A DNA stretch of 64,000 nucleotides from Verrucomicrobiota bacterium (GTDB taxonomy: Bacteria > Verrucomicrobiota > Kiritimatiellia > UBA8416 > JABMPJ01): positions 49,433-113,432 of the forward strand of contig JABGQM010000005.1 of the NCBI GenBank assembly GCA_018648805.1, read 5' to 3'. Shown here in pieces: positions 10,301 through 17,807 of this stretch. Position numbers and translations under genes: made by a program. Position 1 is the stretch's first letter, and the number at the start of each line of letters is the position of its first letter. The notes beneath the pieces are model-generated. The model had not been told where the DNA came from and ran no database searches. It saw nothing but the letters and a program-made list of their open reading frames with translations.

Positions 10301-12773
10301 CGGCCAGACATCGGTCTGGCCCTATGCCTCCTGGGATATGGCCGCCGGCACGATTCAGGATGCCGTGGATGCAGCCTATCCGGGCGACCGCATTATCGTA
10401 GGACCCGGCGTCTATGCCGCCGGAGGTGCATCCGCCACGGGGTTGACACTCTCTTCGCGGGTCTATGTCGATAAGGCTGTCACGATTCTGAGCGCCGATG
10501 GTCCGGAGACCACTTGGATTGTCGGGGCCGCCGCCTCAGGCGGCGGAAACGGTCCCGGCGCCGTCCGCTGTGCGAATCTGAGTGGGGGCGCCATACTCGA
10601 AGGCTTCATGCTGACCGGCGGCCATTCGCTGGGTGGCCTGGACCTGCTGGAAGACCGCTCGGGTGGCGGCGTATACCTGACTGATACGGCTGAAGTGCGC
10701 TATTGCGTGCTCCGTGACAACGGGGCACATGAGTATGGCGGGGGCGCCTACCTGGCTGAGGGAGGCCGGCTCATCAACTGTCTGGTCGTCAGCAATGAGA
10801 CTGTCGTGGGCGGTGGGGTCTACCTGTTCCGGGGCGGTGAGGTCTACAACAGTACAGTGGTTGGCAACCATGCCGCCGCCGAAGGGGGCGGGTTGCATCT
10901 TTTCGAAGGCGGCGCGGTGCACAACACGGTGTCATACGACAATACGGCCCTCCTTTCTGGGCACGATGTCTCCGTGCAGGGCGCCGGACCCAGCGTCGGC
11001 TACAGCTGTGCGTCTGATGGTGTTGTACACGGATTGAATGGATGTATCACCAATCCGCCGTCCTTTGTAAACGCAGCCATCGGCGATTACCATCTCCAGG
11101 CTGTATCGCCCTGTCGTGATGCGGGTGACGATACCGCTGTGCGCTCCAGTGTTGATTTGGATGGTGATCCGCGTGTTCTCAACGGCGTTGACATGGGGGC
11201 AGACGAATACATGACGGCACCATCACTAAACGTGCCATCCAACCAGGTGGTGAACGTGGTCTATGGCGACCCGAACCCGGCCGCGCTTGCCGTGCTTCTC
11301 GGCAATACGGGTGGGATGCCTTATGTCTGGTCCCATTCGGTTACCTACAGCGCTGCGGGTACTGGGTGGCTGACGGTCACGCCGGAGACGGGCGTTGTGG
11401 GGGCCCTGTCTGATGTCGAGCTTCTACTGAATGTTGACCTGTCCGGGTTGGGCGTCGGTAATTACGCTGCGACGAATGAGCTATCGGCCGGGGCGGCCAC
11501 CAACACGCCTCAGCAGTTTGTCGTGACGCTGACGATTACTCCTGCCCCCACAACGGGATCCATCGAGGGTACCGTCAGCTATGCCGGTGCCGAGACCGGC
11601 GTGGTCGTGGTGGCGGCGTACACCAACATCGCGATGGACCACGCCCCCGTGGCTTTCGTCGAGCAAACGGTCCCCGGCCCCTATGCCTTCACTGATCTGG
11701 ATCCGGGCACATACTATCTTGTTGCGACGATGCTAGTGGCTCCTCTGCCGGATGCTGATCACATTCGTTACTCTGATCCGTGGAGCATGTATACCTCGAC
11801 CACCAGCGCGGTGCCGGTCGCAGTGAACGCCGGTGACCTGCTTGACCAGCGCGACATGGCGTTGGTGGCAGGGACCATCGATGCGCCAAATCGCTTCGCG
11901 TCGCCCGGTGTGTATGGAGATTTTGATGGCGATTGGAGAGCAGACCCAGCCATCCGACGCGATACGGATGGTAAGATTCGGGTTCGGCTTTCGACGACCG
12001 GCACGGTATGGATGGAGTCGCGCGGCTGGAAGGCATGGATACCAGCGGTGGCTGACTACGATGGTGACGGGATGGCTGATCTGGCCTGGTATGCGCCTGG
12101 CGCAAGCGAGTGGCACATATTTGAAAGCAGCAGGGGCTATGCTGAGCGCCTGCCGCGTGAGCCTCTGGGAGTGACGGGTGACCTGCCTGTGCCGGCCGAT
12201 TACGACGGGGACGGCAGAGCCGACCCGGCCGTGCGGCGAAAGATCGATGGCAAAATTCGGGTTCGGCTTTCGACGACCGGCACGGTCTGGATGGAGTCGC
12301 GCGGCTGGAAGGCATGGATACCAGCGGTGGCTGACTACGATGGTGACGGGATGGCTGATCTGGCATGGTATGCGCCTGGCGCAAGCGAGTGGCACATATT
12401 TGAAAGCAGCAGGGGCTATGCTGAGCGCCTGCCGCGTGAGCCTCTGGGAGTGACGGGTGACCTGCCTGTGCCGGCCGATTACGACGGGGACGGGAAAGCC
12501 GATCCGGCCGTCGCCCGCAACTCCGATGGCAGGATTCGGGTGCGCCTTTCAACAACTGGTAAGATCTGGATGGCGTTCCGTGGCTCGAAGACATGGATAC
12601 CGGCAGTGGCTGACTACGACGGTGACGGGAAGGCTGATCTGGCGTGGTATGTTCCCGAGGTAAGCGCGTGGCGCATCTATGAGAGCAGCAGGGGCTATGC
12701 TGAACGTCTGCCTCGTGAACTCTTGGGTGCCACCATGGATCTTCCCGCTATTGGGCCGTGGTTCGCCTGGTAG
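4371..12773 (+). CDS. Giant multi-domain surface/adhesin-like protein (N-terminal FG-GAP repeats, many MBG repeats, two parallel beta-helix modules, FN3, C-terminal FG-GAP-like tandem repeats)
   Basis: Signal-peptide-like N-terminus MTRHIVAGTGLFLLAAILGTTAVA; a GTG at 4362 is an alternative start. FG-GAP motifs: DLNGDLQPDALFG, DLDGNGSCDAVVVG, DMDTDGLMDIVVVG. Repeated MBG-type units, e.g. YDGTA.EV...YVGY..PPTNAGQYTVTV. Beta-helix repeats: GGAYGGTLLRCEVLGNRAVFDGGGAHGSV... FN3-like: FTANWTAPGG...HYRVRAENEY..GWSEW. A single 8.4 kb uninterrupted ORF. Confidence 0.7.
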   Translation: MTRHIVAGTGLFLLAAILGTTAVAEPPVAGSGTFVTNAHSLVVDSGGARRFLNIAIGDINASGALDLMAPSWKGSSALLFTNDGSGVFSAQTVDVPLASLVDVALSDLNGDLQPDALFGCETQSVVTATNDGGGLLSGWQAAYAGGADDPVRRVVTCDLDGGGSQDVVAITELSGELVTLLNDGSGSFSLGQTIHCSAPLYDLDVGDLDGNGSCDAVVVGPAGYVSVMTNDGSGTLTAAYTYDVGAQSLFGCRIADMDTDGLMDIVVVGEEGLVAIGHGAGSGFSFATIEQTVIASTIYGLALGDCDVNTYPDIVITGFEKVGVLLNGDGSEFIVNRSPVILSGRHLRDVEVGDLDGNGSLDIAVCGLWSGSLHLLWNTSPSAPSVLGTNGTQISSGEAADLAKGTDFGSSPLLSPVTNQFTLLNQGGGVLEIVSAELSGVSTSVMWLVDMPDQVQASATSHFGVVFSPESLGPVSAVLRINNNGPLATDPYALNLAGTGVKRPVSVLELSSTNHVYDGTAHEVIVAVAPAVTTDVSYVGYAMPPTNAGQYTVTVDVQDPVYVGSLTGLMTVAQRPLTVSCGDYARGYGVTNPVFALSYTNFAQAEGISDLTVAPQATTLATQGSDVGSYGITLSGGVASNYSFAYQGGTLSVTQLVLQVAAENKSRYFGVTNPPLTLAWSGFHTGEGPDVLDQRPSVATTATQLSLPGTYPITVTGGSDTNYSLVRSNGTFRILAAPAFISLGDLNQPYTGGPAPVSVATVPTGLSHRVTYDGSTIIPTVAGSYAIFAEITEALYAGEANGTLVVSRAQQTITFSSIAQQVATNTTALAATASSGLDTTFTLVDGPASLSDGSNITFSASGTVAVAAHQVGNSNWLAAVSVTQQFDVVRAPVAIAIGLTNQLYDATVKTVTVSTVPGDLPYSVTYDGAALTPTNAGLYAVSVSVDELLHAGTGTGLLTVAQRELTVWAEDQSRAYGATNPVWTFSYTNFASGEDPTDFSVWPQATTPAVITSTVGAYSIVPSNAFAANYSFAYSNGTLSVTQAVLQVAADNKARVYGAANPPLTLSYRGWRNGDTTHDLTVIPMGVTTASTATSVGQCLISVTNGVDENYAFDYTNGLLTIYAATAVLSIGETQQVYNGAARLVSVTTQPSNLNVRVTYAGRETAPTNAGNYAVEAIVAETNYVGTNTSVLTVSRAPQAITAFLPSSGDYPSEKLLTLAADGAASGLPIQFEIESGPGVMMASNVVRFTACGTVRVTATQQGDSNWLVSPTLTNSYVVIDTNAVHYVAMNGQTSVWPYASWATAASNLQDAVDIAADGDRVLVNDGLYDTGGRALPGHLLTNRLCVTNTITVQSVNGPRHTLIAGQAGTGSEAPLGPDAMRGIYLADGAVLAGFSVTNGCTHGAESASEVDQSGGGILMSSGSVVSNSLITGNVSLYGGGAYGGTLLRCEVLGNRAVFDGGGAHGSVAANSSFVGNTARFGGGMFRGVLSQSTVVRNEALYGSGAFECDVRNTIIYHNQDEDLFGGNVVNSCAGDGVVQGVDGCITNSPMLVDVAAGDLYLQHESPCINAGSNGDVPMTGGVPVADLAGRPRIMHATVDMGAHEYDGTPDTPGILAATQIEAHRFTANWTAPGGTVLVRAYTVEVTNAVAQTSIPVLDGAQESLTVTGLTESVLYHYRVRAENEYTVGGWSEWTNLVTLSEGAMALPSRLGFEATYGGPNPVAYVFAFTNYGETAFAWSNTIAYSTPAETWLTMSPLQGSVMAMGTAPVTASVDMAGMDAGIYRATNTYVSATATHSPQLQAVEFTISRGVDTITFTQTNHVYDGSSKAVAASSASGSPVSVTYDGATQPPTNAGAYAVVGVVDTINWTGTNTALLTLSSAEQSITAFLSQPGTYDNTNVLALAASGGGSGQPVVFNVLSGPAVLEGIDRLRFTGIGDVQVTASQAGDANWSAAPVLTNLYTVVPVSNLVHYVAQNGQTSVWPYASWDMAAGTIQDAVDAAYPGDRIIVGPGVYAAGGASATGLTLSSRVYVDKAVTILSADGPETTWIVGAAASGGGNGPGAVRCANLSGGAILEGFMLTGGHSLGGLDLLEDRSGGGVYLTDTAEVRYCVLRDNGAHEYGGGAYLAEGGRLINCLVVSNETVVGGGVYLFRGGEVYNSTVVGNHAAAEGGGLHLFEGGAVHNTVSYDNTALLSGHDVSVQGAGPSVGYSCASDGVVHGLNGCITNPPSFVNAAIGDYHLQAVSPCRDAGDDTAVRSSVDLDGDPRVLNGVDMGADEYMTAPSLNVPSNQVVNVVYGDPNPAALAVLLGNTGGMPYVWSHSVTYSAAGTGWLTVTPETGVVGALSDVELLLNVDLSGLGVGNYAATNELSAGAATNTPQQFVVTLTITPAPTTGSIEGTVSYAGAETGVVVVAAYTNIAMDHAPVAFVEQTVPGPYAFTDLDPGTYYLVATMLVAPLPDADHIRYSDPWSMYTSTTSAVPVAVNAGDLLDQRDMALVAGTIDAPNRFASPGVYGDFDGDWRADPAIRRDTDGKIRVRLSTTGTVWMESRGWKAWIPAVADYDGDGMADLAWYAPGASEWHIFESSRGYAERLPREPLGVTGDLPVPADYDGDGRADPAVRRKIDGKIRVRLSTTGTVWMESRGWKAWIPAVADYDGDGMADLAWYAPGASEWHIFESSRGYAERLPREPLGVTGDLPVPADYDGDGKADPAVARNSDGRIRVRLSTTGKIWMAFRGSKTWIPAVADYDGDGKADLAWYVPEVSAWRIYESSRGYAERLPRELLGATMDLPAIGPWFAW
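11970..12773 (+). repeat. Tandem 279-bp (93-aa) coding repeat, ~2.9 copies, at the 3' end of the giant gene. Copies 1 and 2 are near-identical at nucleotide level; copy 3 has diverged.
   Basis: Unit starts at ~11970, 12249 and 12528, giving a 279-bp period. Encoded unit: DGKIRVRLSTTGTVWMESRGWKAWIPAVADYDGDGMADLAWYAPGASEWHIFESSRGYAERLPREPLGVTGDLPVPADYDGDG.ADPAV. Confidence 0.85.
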
Positions 12774-12876
12774 GTCTATGGCTCACGGCTCTCTTGAGTG
12801 TGTGCACAGGGGAACCCAATCGGGGTGACGCTTCTCATTTGCAGTTGGAGCCAGCGGATGGTACACACAGGCTATC

Positions 12877-15612
12877 TTGCGACGAACACTTCCATATCTT
12901 GTTCTGCTTCTCATCATAGGGATGGGCCTCTTTTTTCGCGGTGGCGGACTCTACCGCGGCCTCGATGAGCGCAAGTACGTCTACCACCCTGACTCCCCCA
13001 AGCAGATCCAGGCCGTCAGCAATTTCCTGAAAGGGACCTATGTCTGGCGCGGCGGCAGTTGGTTTATCGATGGCTATCCCTATGGGCTCAACCACATTGA
13101 TGCCGTATTTTTACGGCCGACGCTGGCCATCTGGAAGGGCCTAAGGCCCTCGCTGGAGAAATGGCTGGGACGTGAAGAGGGCATCACGCTCAACCTCTAC
13201 CACTGGGTCCGGTCGCTACGGCTCCTCTATGGACTGGTCTCCGTTCTCCTGGTCTGCCTGGCCTGTCGCCTTCTGCGCATGGGGTGGGGGGCCTCGCTCT
13301 TTGCCGCCGCCGTAGTGGCGATCTGTCCACTCACGGTCGCCGTCTCACATTTTGCGACGGGTGATATTGGGACCGACCTTTTCATCTCGTTCATGATGGT
13401 GATGCTGGCCGCTCACCTGCGTCAGCCGCGCCGCTTCATATGGATGGCAACCGCATCGCTCTGTACCGGCATGGCGTTCTCCTGCAAATACCAGGGCATC
13501 ATGGCCGCCTTCTGCATCGCCTTCATCATCCTGGTCGAATCCATCCGCAAACGCCAGTGGCTGGGATTCTTCCTGCGCGGCGGTGGCGCAGCGCTCTGCT
13601 GCGTGGCGGGTATCCTGATCCTGAAGCCGGAACTGATCATCAATACGGCACAGGCCTGGGATGACATGATCGTCAACTTCATTCGCATCCAGAGCTACAA
13701 CGTCCCTGCGGCATTCAAGGCGCTTCCCCTGCACGCGAAGTTGGCACAGAGCTGGTCCAACAGCCTGCCACGCCTCGCCCGCGCCATGTATGCCCCGCTC
13801 ATGATCGCTACGCTGGTGTCATCGGTCCTGTTTGTGTGGCGGGTGGTAGTGCATTGCCGCTCCGGGAAACCAGCCTGTTCGGCGCGCTGGGGGCGTGATG
13901 TAGGTGCGGCCGCGATCAGCCTGCTGGCGCCGGTGGTGCTGGTGCTGGCGGTGTCAGGCAAACCCATGCTGCATCCATTTCACTTTTCCTTCCTGGTGCC
14001 CGTTATGGCCGTGGGCGTAGCGGCGCTCCTGGATGCATCGCGCGGGAGCAGGGCCTGGACACGCTATGCCGCCGGCGTATTGGGTCTGCTGCTGGTGGCG
14101 ATGATGTGGCGCGACGCGGCGCACGAGCATTTCTTCTGGGTACGTGATGATAATCTGCATATCGCCCAGACCTACGCGCGTACCGTGGCGGAGTCGCCCT
14201 ACCGCGGCGAGAAACGCGGCATAAAGTTCCTGGACTTCGAGCCGCGTTCGGCTTCGGTATTCCGTAATCGCCATCCCTGGTCGATCGTACGAATGCGTGC
14301 GCTGAACTACTGGATCGACCATCGTACGTTGCCGCTGCCGACGGTGCCGTATCCGCGTGAGGTGGATTGGATGCTCTGTAACGGTCCGGTCTTTCTTCGC
14401 AACGATCGATGTTTCAATGTGCCAGCCGATGGCCGCGCTGAGCGGGCCTTGGTTTTTCCCGAACGATGCGATCGGATTGAGCTGGGCCTGCGCAGCGGCA
14501 CCCGCCCGACCGCCGTGACGATTCGTCGTCCCACGCGTCGGGTCTGCCACACGCTGCCACCTCACTCGCAAACCACGGTCGCGATGGATACGCGGGGATG
14601 GATCCGCAGCGCGACGCGTGACCGGAGCCAGCCGGTGTGGATCCTACCGCTGGAGGTCACGGCGGAGATGGGGGATGCCTGGGTCACGCTGCTTGCGACA
14701 GCGGAGGATCGCGCTCTATTCGAACTATACGGCGGGACCATGGGAGATCCGCCTGTCGCTCTGCTGGCGCAGCATGGCAAACGCAAGGTGACTATCGCGA
14801 CACAGGGCGCTCGGTTTGTCGACTGGACCCGTTTCACAGGCGGTCTGACCCATGTCCATGAAGCCGTCATGCCGGCGGGCGTCTACCGGTTGCGGTTGAC
14901 CGCAACGTCAGAGGTGGCCGGCAGCATTCGCATCGCTGTGAAGGGCGCCGACACGCAGCTGCTCTGGGAGGGGGTCGAGACGGTCCGCCCCATCCGCCCC
15001 GGCGAGAACGCCGTTGAACTCTCTTTCAGCAAGCCATTCGCCCCGTACGAACTGCGCGTGACGATTGAGCGTGATGACGCCACGATTCGGCCCACCCGCT
15101 GTTCGATCAAGCCGCTGGGAGGGCGCATCTTCAGTGAGTTGAGCGCGTGGTGCGAGGAGGGTGTGCGTCCGGCATGGTTGTCGCCCGCGGCCGCCGCACC
15201 TCGTCCATCCGGCGAAACGCTGAAGGCAGCCCAGACCGCGTTGGGCGACACCATAATGCTGCGCACAGTCACGCTGCCGGCGACGGTGCATCAGGGCGAT
15301 AAGATTGCCGCCTATCTCGACCTGGCCCTAGCGGCTCGTATCCTGCCCGACCTGGCGAACAGCCACCTTTTCATCCATCTTGTGAATGAGGCCGGAGAGC
15401 AGGTCCATGTGGGGGGCTGCCCCCTTGCAGGAGCCCTTGCCGCATCGACCCACGGGCGCCATGTCGAGTTCGACAATCCTGTGGCGGCGCCGGCGGGAGC
15501 GTATCGCTTGCGACTAGGTGTCTGGAACAGCCGCACGGCCGAAGCGTGGTCGGTCGGGGCGGAGGGCGGCGCCACCTATATCGAACTCGGTCCGTTCACG
15601 GTCACTCCGTAG
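12877..15612 (+). CDS. GT-C fold membrane glycosyltransferase-like protein (GT39/ArnT/PMT-like N-terminus) with a large C-terminal extracytoplasmic domain
   Basis: N-terminus MRRTLPYLVLLLIIGMGLFFRGGGLYRGLDERKYVYHPDSPKQ resembles ArnT/PMT family starts. Many predicted TM helices fill the first ~430 aa. A ~450-aa soluble C-terminal domain follows. Assignment is by resemblance only. Confidence 0.5.
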   Translation: MRRTLPYLVLLLIIGMGLFFRGGGLYRGLDERKYVYHPDSPKQIQAVSNFLKGTYVWRGGSWFIDGYPYGLNHIDAVFLRPTLAIWKGLRPSLEKWLGREEGITLNLYHWVRSLRLLYGLVSVLLVCLACRLLRMGWGASLFAAAVVAICPLTVAVSHFATGDIGTDLFISFMMVMLAAHLRQPRRFIWMATASLCTGMAFSCKYQGIMAAFCIAFIILVESIRKRQWLGFFLRGGGAALCCVAGILILKPELIINTAQAWDDMIVNFIRIQSYNVPAAFKALPLHAKLAQSWSNSLPRLARAMYAPLMIATLVSSVLFVWRVVVHCRSGKPACSARWGRDVGAAAISLLAPVVLVLAVSGKPMLHPFHFSFLVPVMAVGVAALLDASRGSRAWTRYAAGVLGLLLVAMMWRDAAHEHFFWVRDDNLHIAQTYARTVAESPYRGEKRGIKFLDFEPRSASVFRNRHPWSIVRMRALNYWIDHRTLPLPTVPYPREVDWMLCNGPVFLRNDRCFNVPADGRAERALVFPERCDRIELGLRSGTRPTAVTIRRPTRRVCHTLPPHSQTTVAMDTRGWIRSATRDRSQPVWILPLEVTAEMGDAWVTLLATAEDRALFELYGGTMGDPPVALLAQHGKRKVTIATQGARFVDWTRFTGGLTHVHEAVMPAGVYRLRLTATSEVAGSIRIAVKGADTQLLWEGVETVRPIRPGENAVELSFSKPFAPYELRVTIERDDATIRPTRCSIKPLGGRIFSELSAWCEEGVRPAWLSPAAAAPRPSGETLKAAQTALGDTIMLRTVTLPATVHQGDKIAAYLDLALAARILPDLANSHLFIHLVNEAGEQVHVGGCPLAGALAASTHGRHVEFDNPVAAPAGAYRLRLGVWNSRTAEAWSVGAEGGATYIELGPFTVTP

Positions 15613-15619
15613 CGGCGGT

Positions 15620-16408
15620 CTAATCCGCTTGCCGGGTCAGCGTGATCGTCATGGAGAACGCCATCAGACCATGCAATGGCTTGAGCAGCACGTCGTCAAC
15701 GACACGCATCGTGGGGTACATCCAGCCCGGCAGCATCTGGCGCGCCGTGAACCCCCCACTGACCAGGTAGCGCAGCGGCGTGTGTAGGCGCAGCGTCTGC
15801 AGCTTCAACTCTGGAAACGCCGCCTCGTAGCGCGCCCGGTCGCGTGCAAACACGATCCAGGGCAAGGCCTGGTTGCTGGCCGAGAGGGGGGTGCCGGGAG
15901 GCAAGGTCCAGTCGGCTGCCGTGTCAAACGGTTCGTGGTGGAAGTGTCTGAAAATGAAACGGCTGAGCAGCGTGTTGGCCGGCTCGATCGCCACCACTGT
16001 GCCGCCCGGTTTGAGGCAGCGCACACACTCGCGGAACATCGCCTCGATATCGGGGATGTGATGCATCGTGTTGATCATGCAGAAGCGATCCACCGAGGCG
16101 TCCTCAAACGGCATGGTTTCGGCGCCGAAGCATTGGTCCACATCAGGCAGCGGCAGTATATCTGAGGTAATGGCGTTAGGAATCACATCTTTGATGAATC
16201 CACCGCCACTACCCAACTCCACGATTGTGGCGGCTTCGGGGAGGTCAAGACCCTCCCGGAAGCTCGTGTAGTACTCCCCGTAGAGACGACGCAAGAAGAC
16301 CTTGTCCCGCAGGATCCTGGCATGCAGCAACGTGGTGCTGGTATCATCCGGACCCAATCCCTCCTGTTTCTCCGGCAGGACCAGAGCGCTGGGAAGCGAT
16401 GGTTTCAT
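15620..16408 (-). CDS. Class I SAM-dependent methyltransferase
   Basis: Motif I VELGSGGGFIKDV and LKPGGTVVAIEP. Start chosen at MKPSLPSAL (ATG 16408..16406, GGGGAG upstream). The longer track ORF (to 16483) overlaps the next gene and carries an odd HEGHEGHEG leader. Confidence 0.6.
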   Translation of the reverse strand: MKPSLPSALVLPEKQEGLGPDDTSTTLLHARILRDKVFLRRLYGEYYTSFREGLDLPEAATIVELGSGGGFIKDVIPNAITSDILPLPDVDQCFGAETMPFEDASVDRFCMINTMHHIPDIEAMFRECVRCLKPGGTVVAIEPANTLLSRFIFRHFHHEPFDTAADWTLPPGTPLSASNQALPWIVFARDRARYEAAFPELKLQTLRLHTPLRYLVSGGFTARQMLPGWMYPTMRVVDDVLLKPLHGLMAFSMTITLTRQAD

Positions 16409-16461
16409 GGACTGCTCCCCTTCATGCCCTTCATGTCCTTCATGGTGAAGAATCGATCCAC

Positions 16462-17793
16462 TCAAATGAACTTGATGCGCCACGCCGCGAAGAGCAGCAT
16501 CCTGAGCAGCAGTACGCCGTGGCTCCAGCGTGAGATGTTGGTGTCGCCATAGGTGCGCTCCCGGTACGTGATCGGCACCTCGACAATCTTAAGCCCCATA
16601 CGGGCACAACCGAAGATCAGGTCGAAGTCGCCAAAGGGGTCGAACTCCCCAAAGTAGTGACGGTGCGCGGCAAGCTTTTCATAGTTCTCGCGTGTCATCA
16701 CCTTGGTGCCGCATAGCGTGTCCCGGAACTGCTGACCCAGCACAAACGAGAACGCCGCCGCAAAGAACTTGTTGCCGATGATGTTGAAGAAGCGCATCGC
16801 CTCCTTCTCCATGGGATATACCAGTCGAGTGCCGTTAATGTACTCACCCTTATCGGTTCGAATGGCCTCGTAGAAGCGAGGCAGGTCTTCCGGAGGAACC
16901 GTCATGTCGGCATCCAGAATCATCAGGATGTCCTTGGTGCAGATGCCGAAACCTTTGCGCACTGCATCGCCCTTGCCTGTACCGTCCTGCTGGATCTTCA
17001 GGATAGGCATCTTATCTTTGTACTTCTCGGCCATCTCGCCGATCTTGTCCCACGTCTTGTCGGTCGAACCACCCTCCACGAAGACCAGCTCGTCGTCGGG
17101 TCCCATTCTCGGCACGCGCTGGATGATCTGCTCGATGTTCCCTTCTTCATTCCGGGCTGCCACAACGATCGACACGCTTGGGGCCGTCTCAGGTTCGGTG
17201 ACCGGCCACAATGGCCTCGCCAGGGCAATGTTGACCAGGCAGAGATGCCGGATGCCGGGCAGGGGCGCTATGAAGCGGTTGACCAGGTAGCTGATGATTG
17301 GGATGTACACCGGCAGCAGGACGCGACTCTCGCACCGCACGAGCTGGTAGTCGGAGATGAGCAGCATGTTTGTGATGTCGTCGTGTGTGATCCAGTTGCT
17401 CTCGGGGGTCTTGCTACGCACGCCGAGAGCCGAGGCCAGCGCGACCAGCGGCCGCCACAGCGAGCTGTAATAGGTGATCACGACACGTGTCGCCGGAGAG
17501 GTGTTCGACCGGATGTCCTGCAACAGCTTCTGGATATCGCGCTCACGGTGCAGCGTGCCGTTAAGCAGCACGAAGTCGGGTGCCTCCTTGCTCAGCTCCT
17601 CGACAGCGGCCAGGCGTTTGACGGCGGCATCTGCGGCCAGCGGCGTTGCGCTTTCGGCACGCTCCAGAACCGCACTCTGCGGGTAGCGACTGATGATGAT
17701 GGCGTTGGGCGGATCCACCTCGACCAGCCGGTCTTCCGGGCGCACGTAGAGTGAGATGTAACGGTATAGTAGTTTGTAGAGGTAGTTTCGCAT
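16462..17793 (-). CDS. GT2 glycosyltransferase, polyprenyl-phosphate sugar synthase-like (DPM1/GtrB/ArnC type), with an N-terminal extra domain and a C-terminal TM region
   Basis: GT2 signature VSIVVAARNEEGNIEQIIQRV...DELVFVEGGSTDKT...ILDADMTVPPEDL (DxD). C-terminal hydrophobic tail GVLLLRMLLFAAWRIKFI is typical of Dpm1/GtrB-like enzymes. Confidence 0.65.
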   Translation of the reverse strand: MRNYLYKLLYRYISLYVRPEDRLVEVDPPNAIIISRYPQSAVLERAESATPLAADAAVKRLAAVEELSKEAPDFVLLNGTLHRERDIQKLLQDIRSNTSPATRVVITYYSSLWRPLVALASALGVRSKTPESNWITHDDITNMLLISDYQLVRCESRVLLPVYIPIISYLVNRFIAPLPGIRHLCLVNIALARPLWPVTEPETAPSVSIVVAARNEEGNIEQIIQRVPRMGPDDELVFVEGGSTDKTWDKIGEMAEKYKDKMPILKIQQDGTGKGDAVRKGFGICTKDILMILDADMTVPPEDLPRFYEAIRTDKGEYINGTRLVYPMEKEAMRFFNIIGNKFFAAAFSFVLGQQFRDTLCGTKVMTRENYEKLAAHRHYFGEFDPFGDFDLIFGCARMGLKIVEVPITYRERTYGDTNISRWSHGVLLLRMLLFAAWRIKFI

Positions 17794-17807
17794 GTTTGTT
17801 CTCCCGG

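Noticed and set aside
11689-12594. 301-aa and 220-aa minus-strand ORFs and several 90-113-aa plus-strand ORFs over the tandem-repeat region
   Set aside because: They are internally repetitive only because they read through the 279-bp repeats in wrong frames (Pro/Arg/Ser-rich low-complexity translations). The sense frame is continuous with the 8.4 kb giant gene.
12774-12876. Possible terminator hairpin (tgtgtg...cacaca) after the giant gene
   Set aside because: The stem is short and interrupted, with no U-rich tract. The evidence is too weak for a terminator call.
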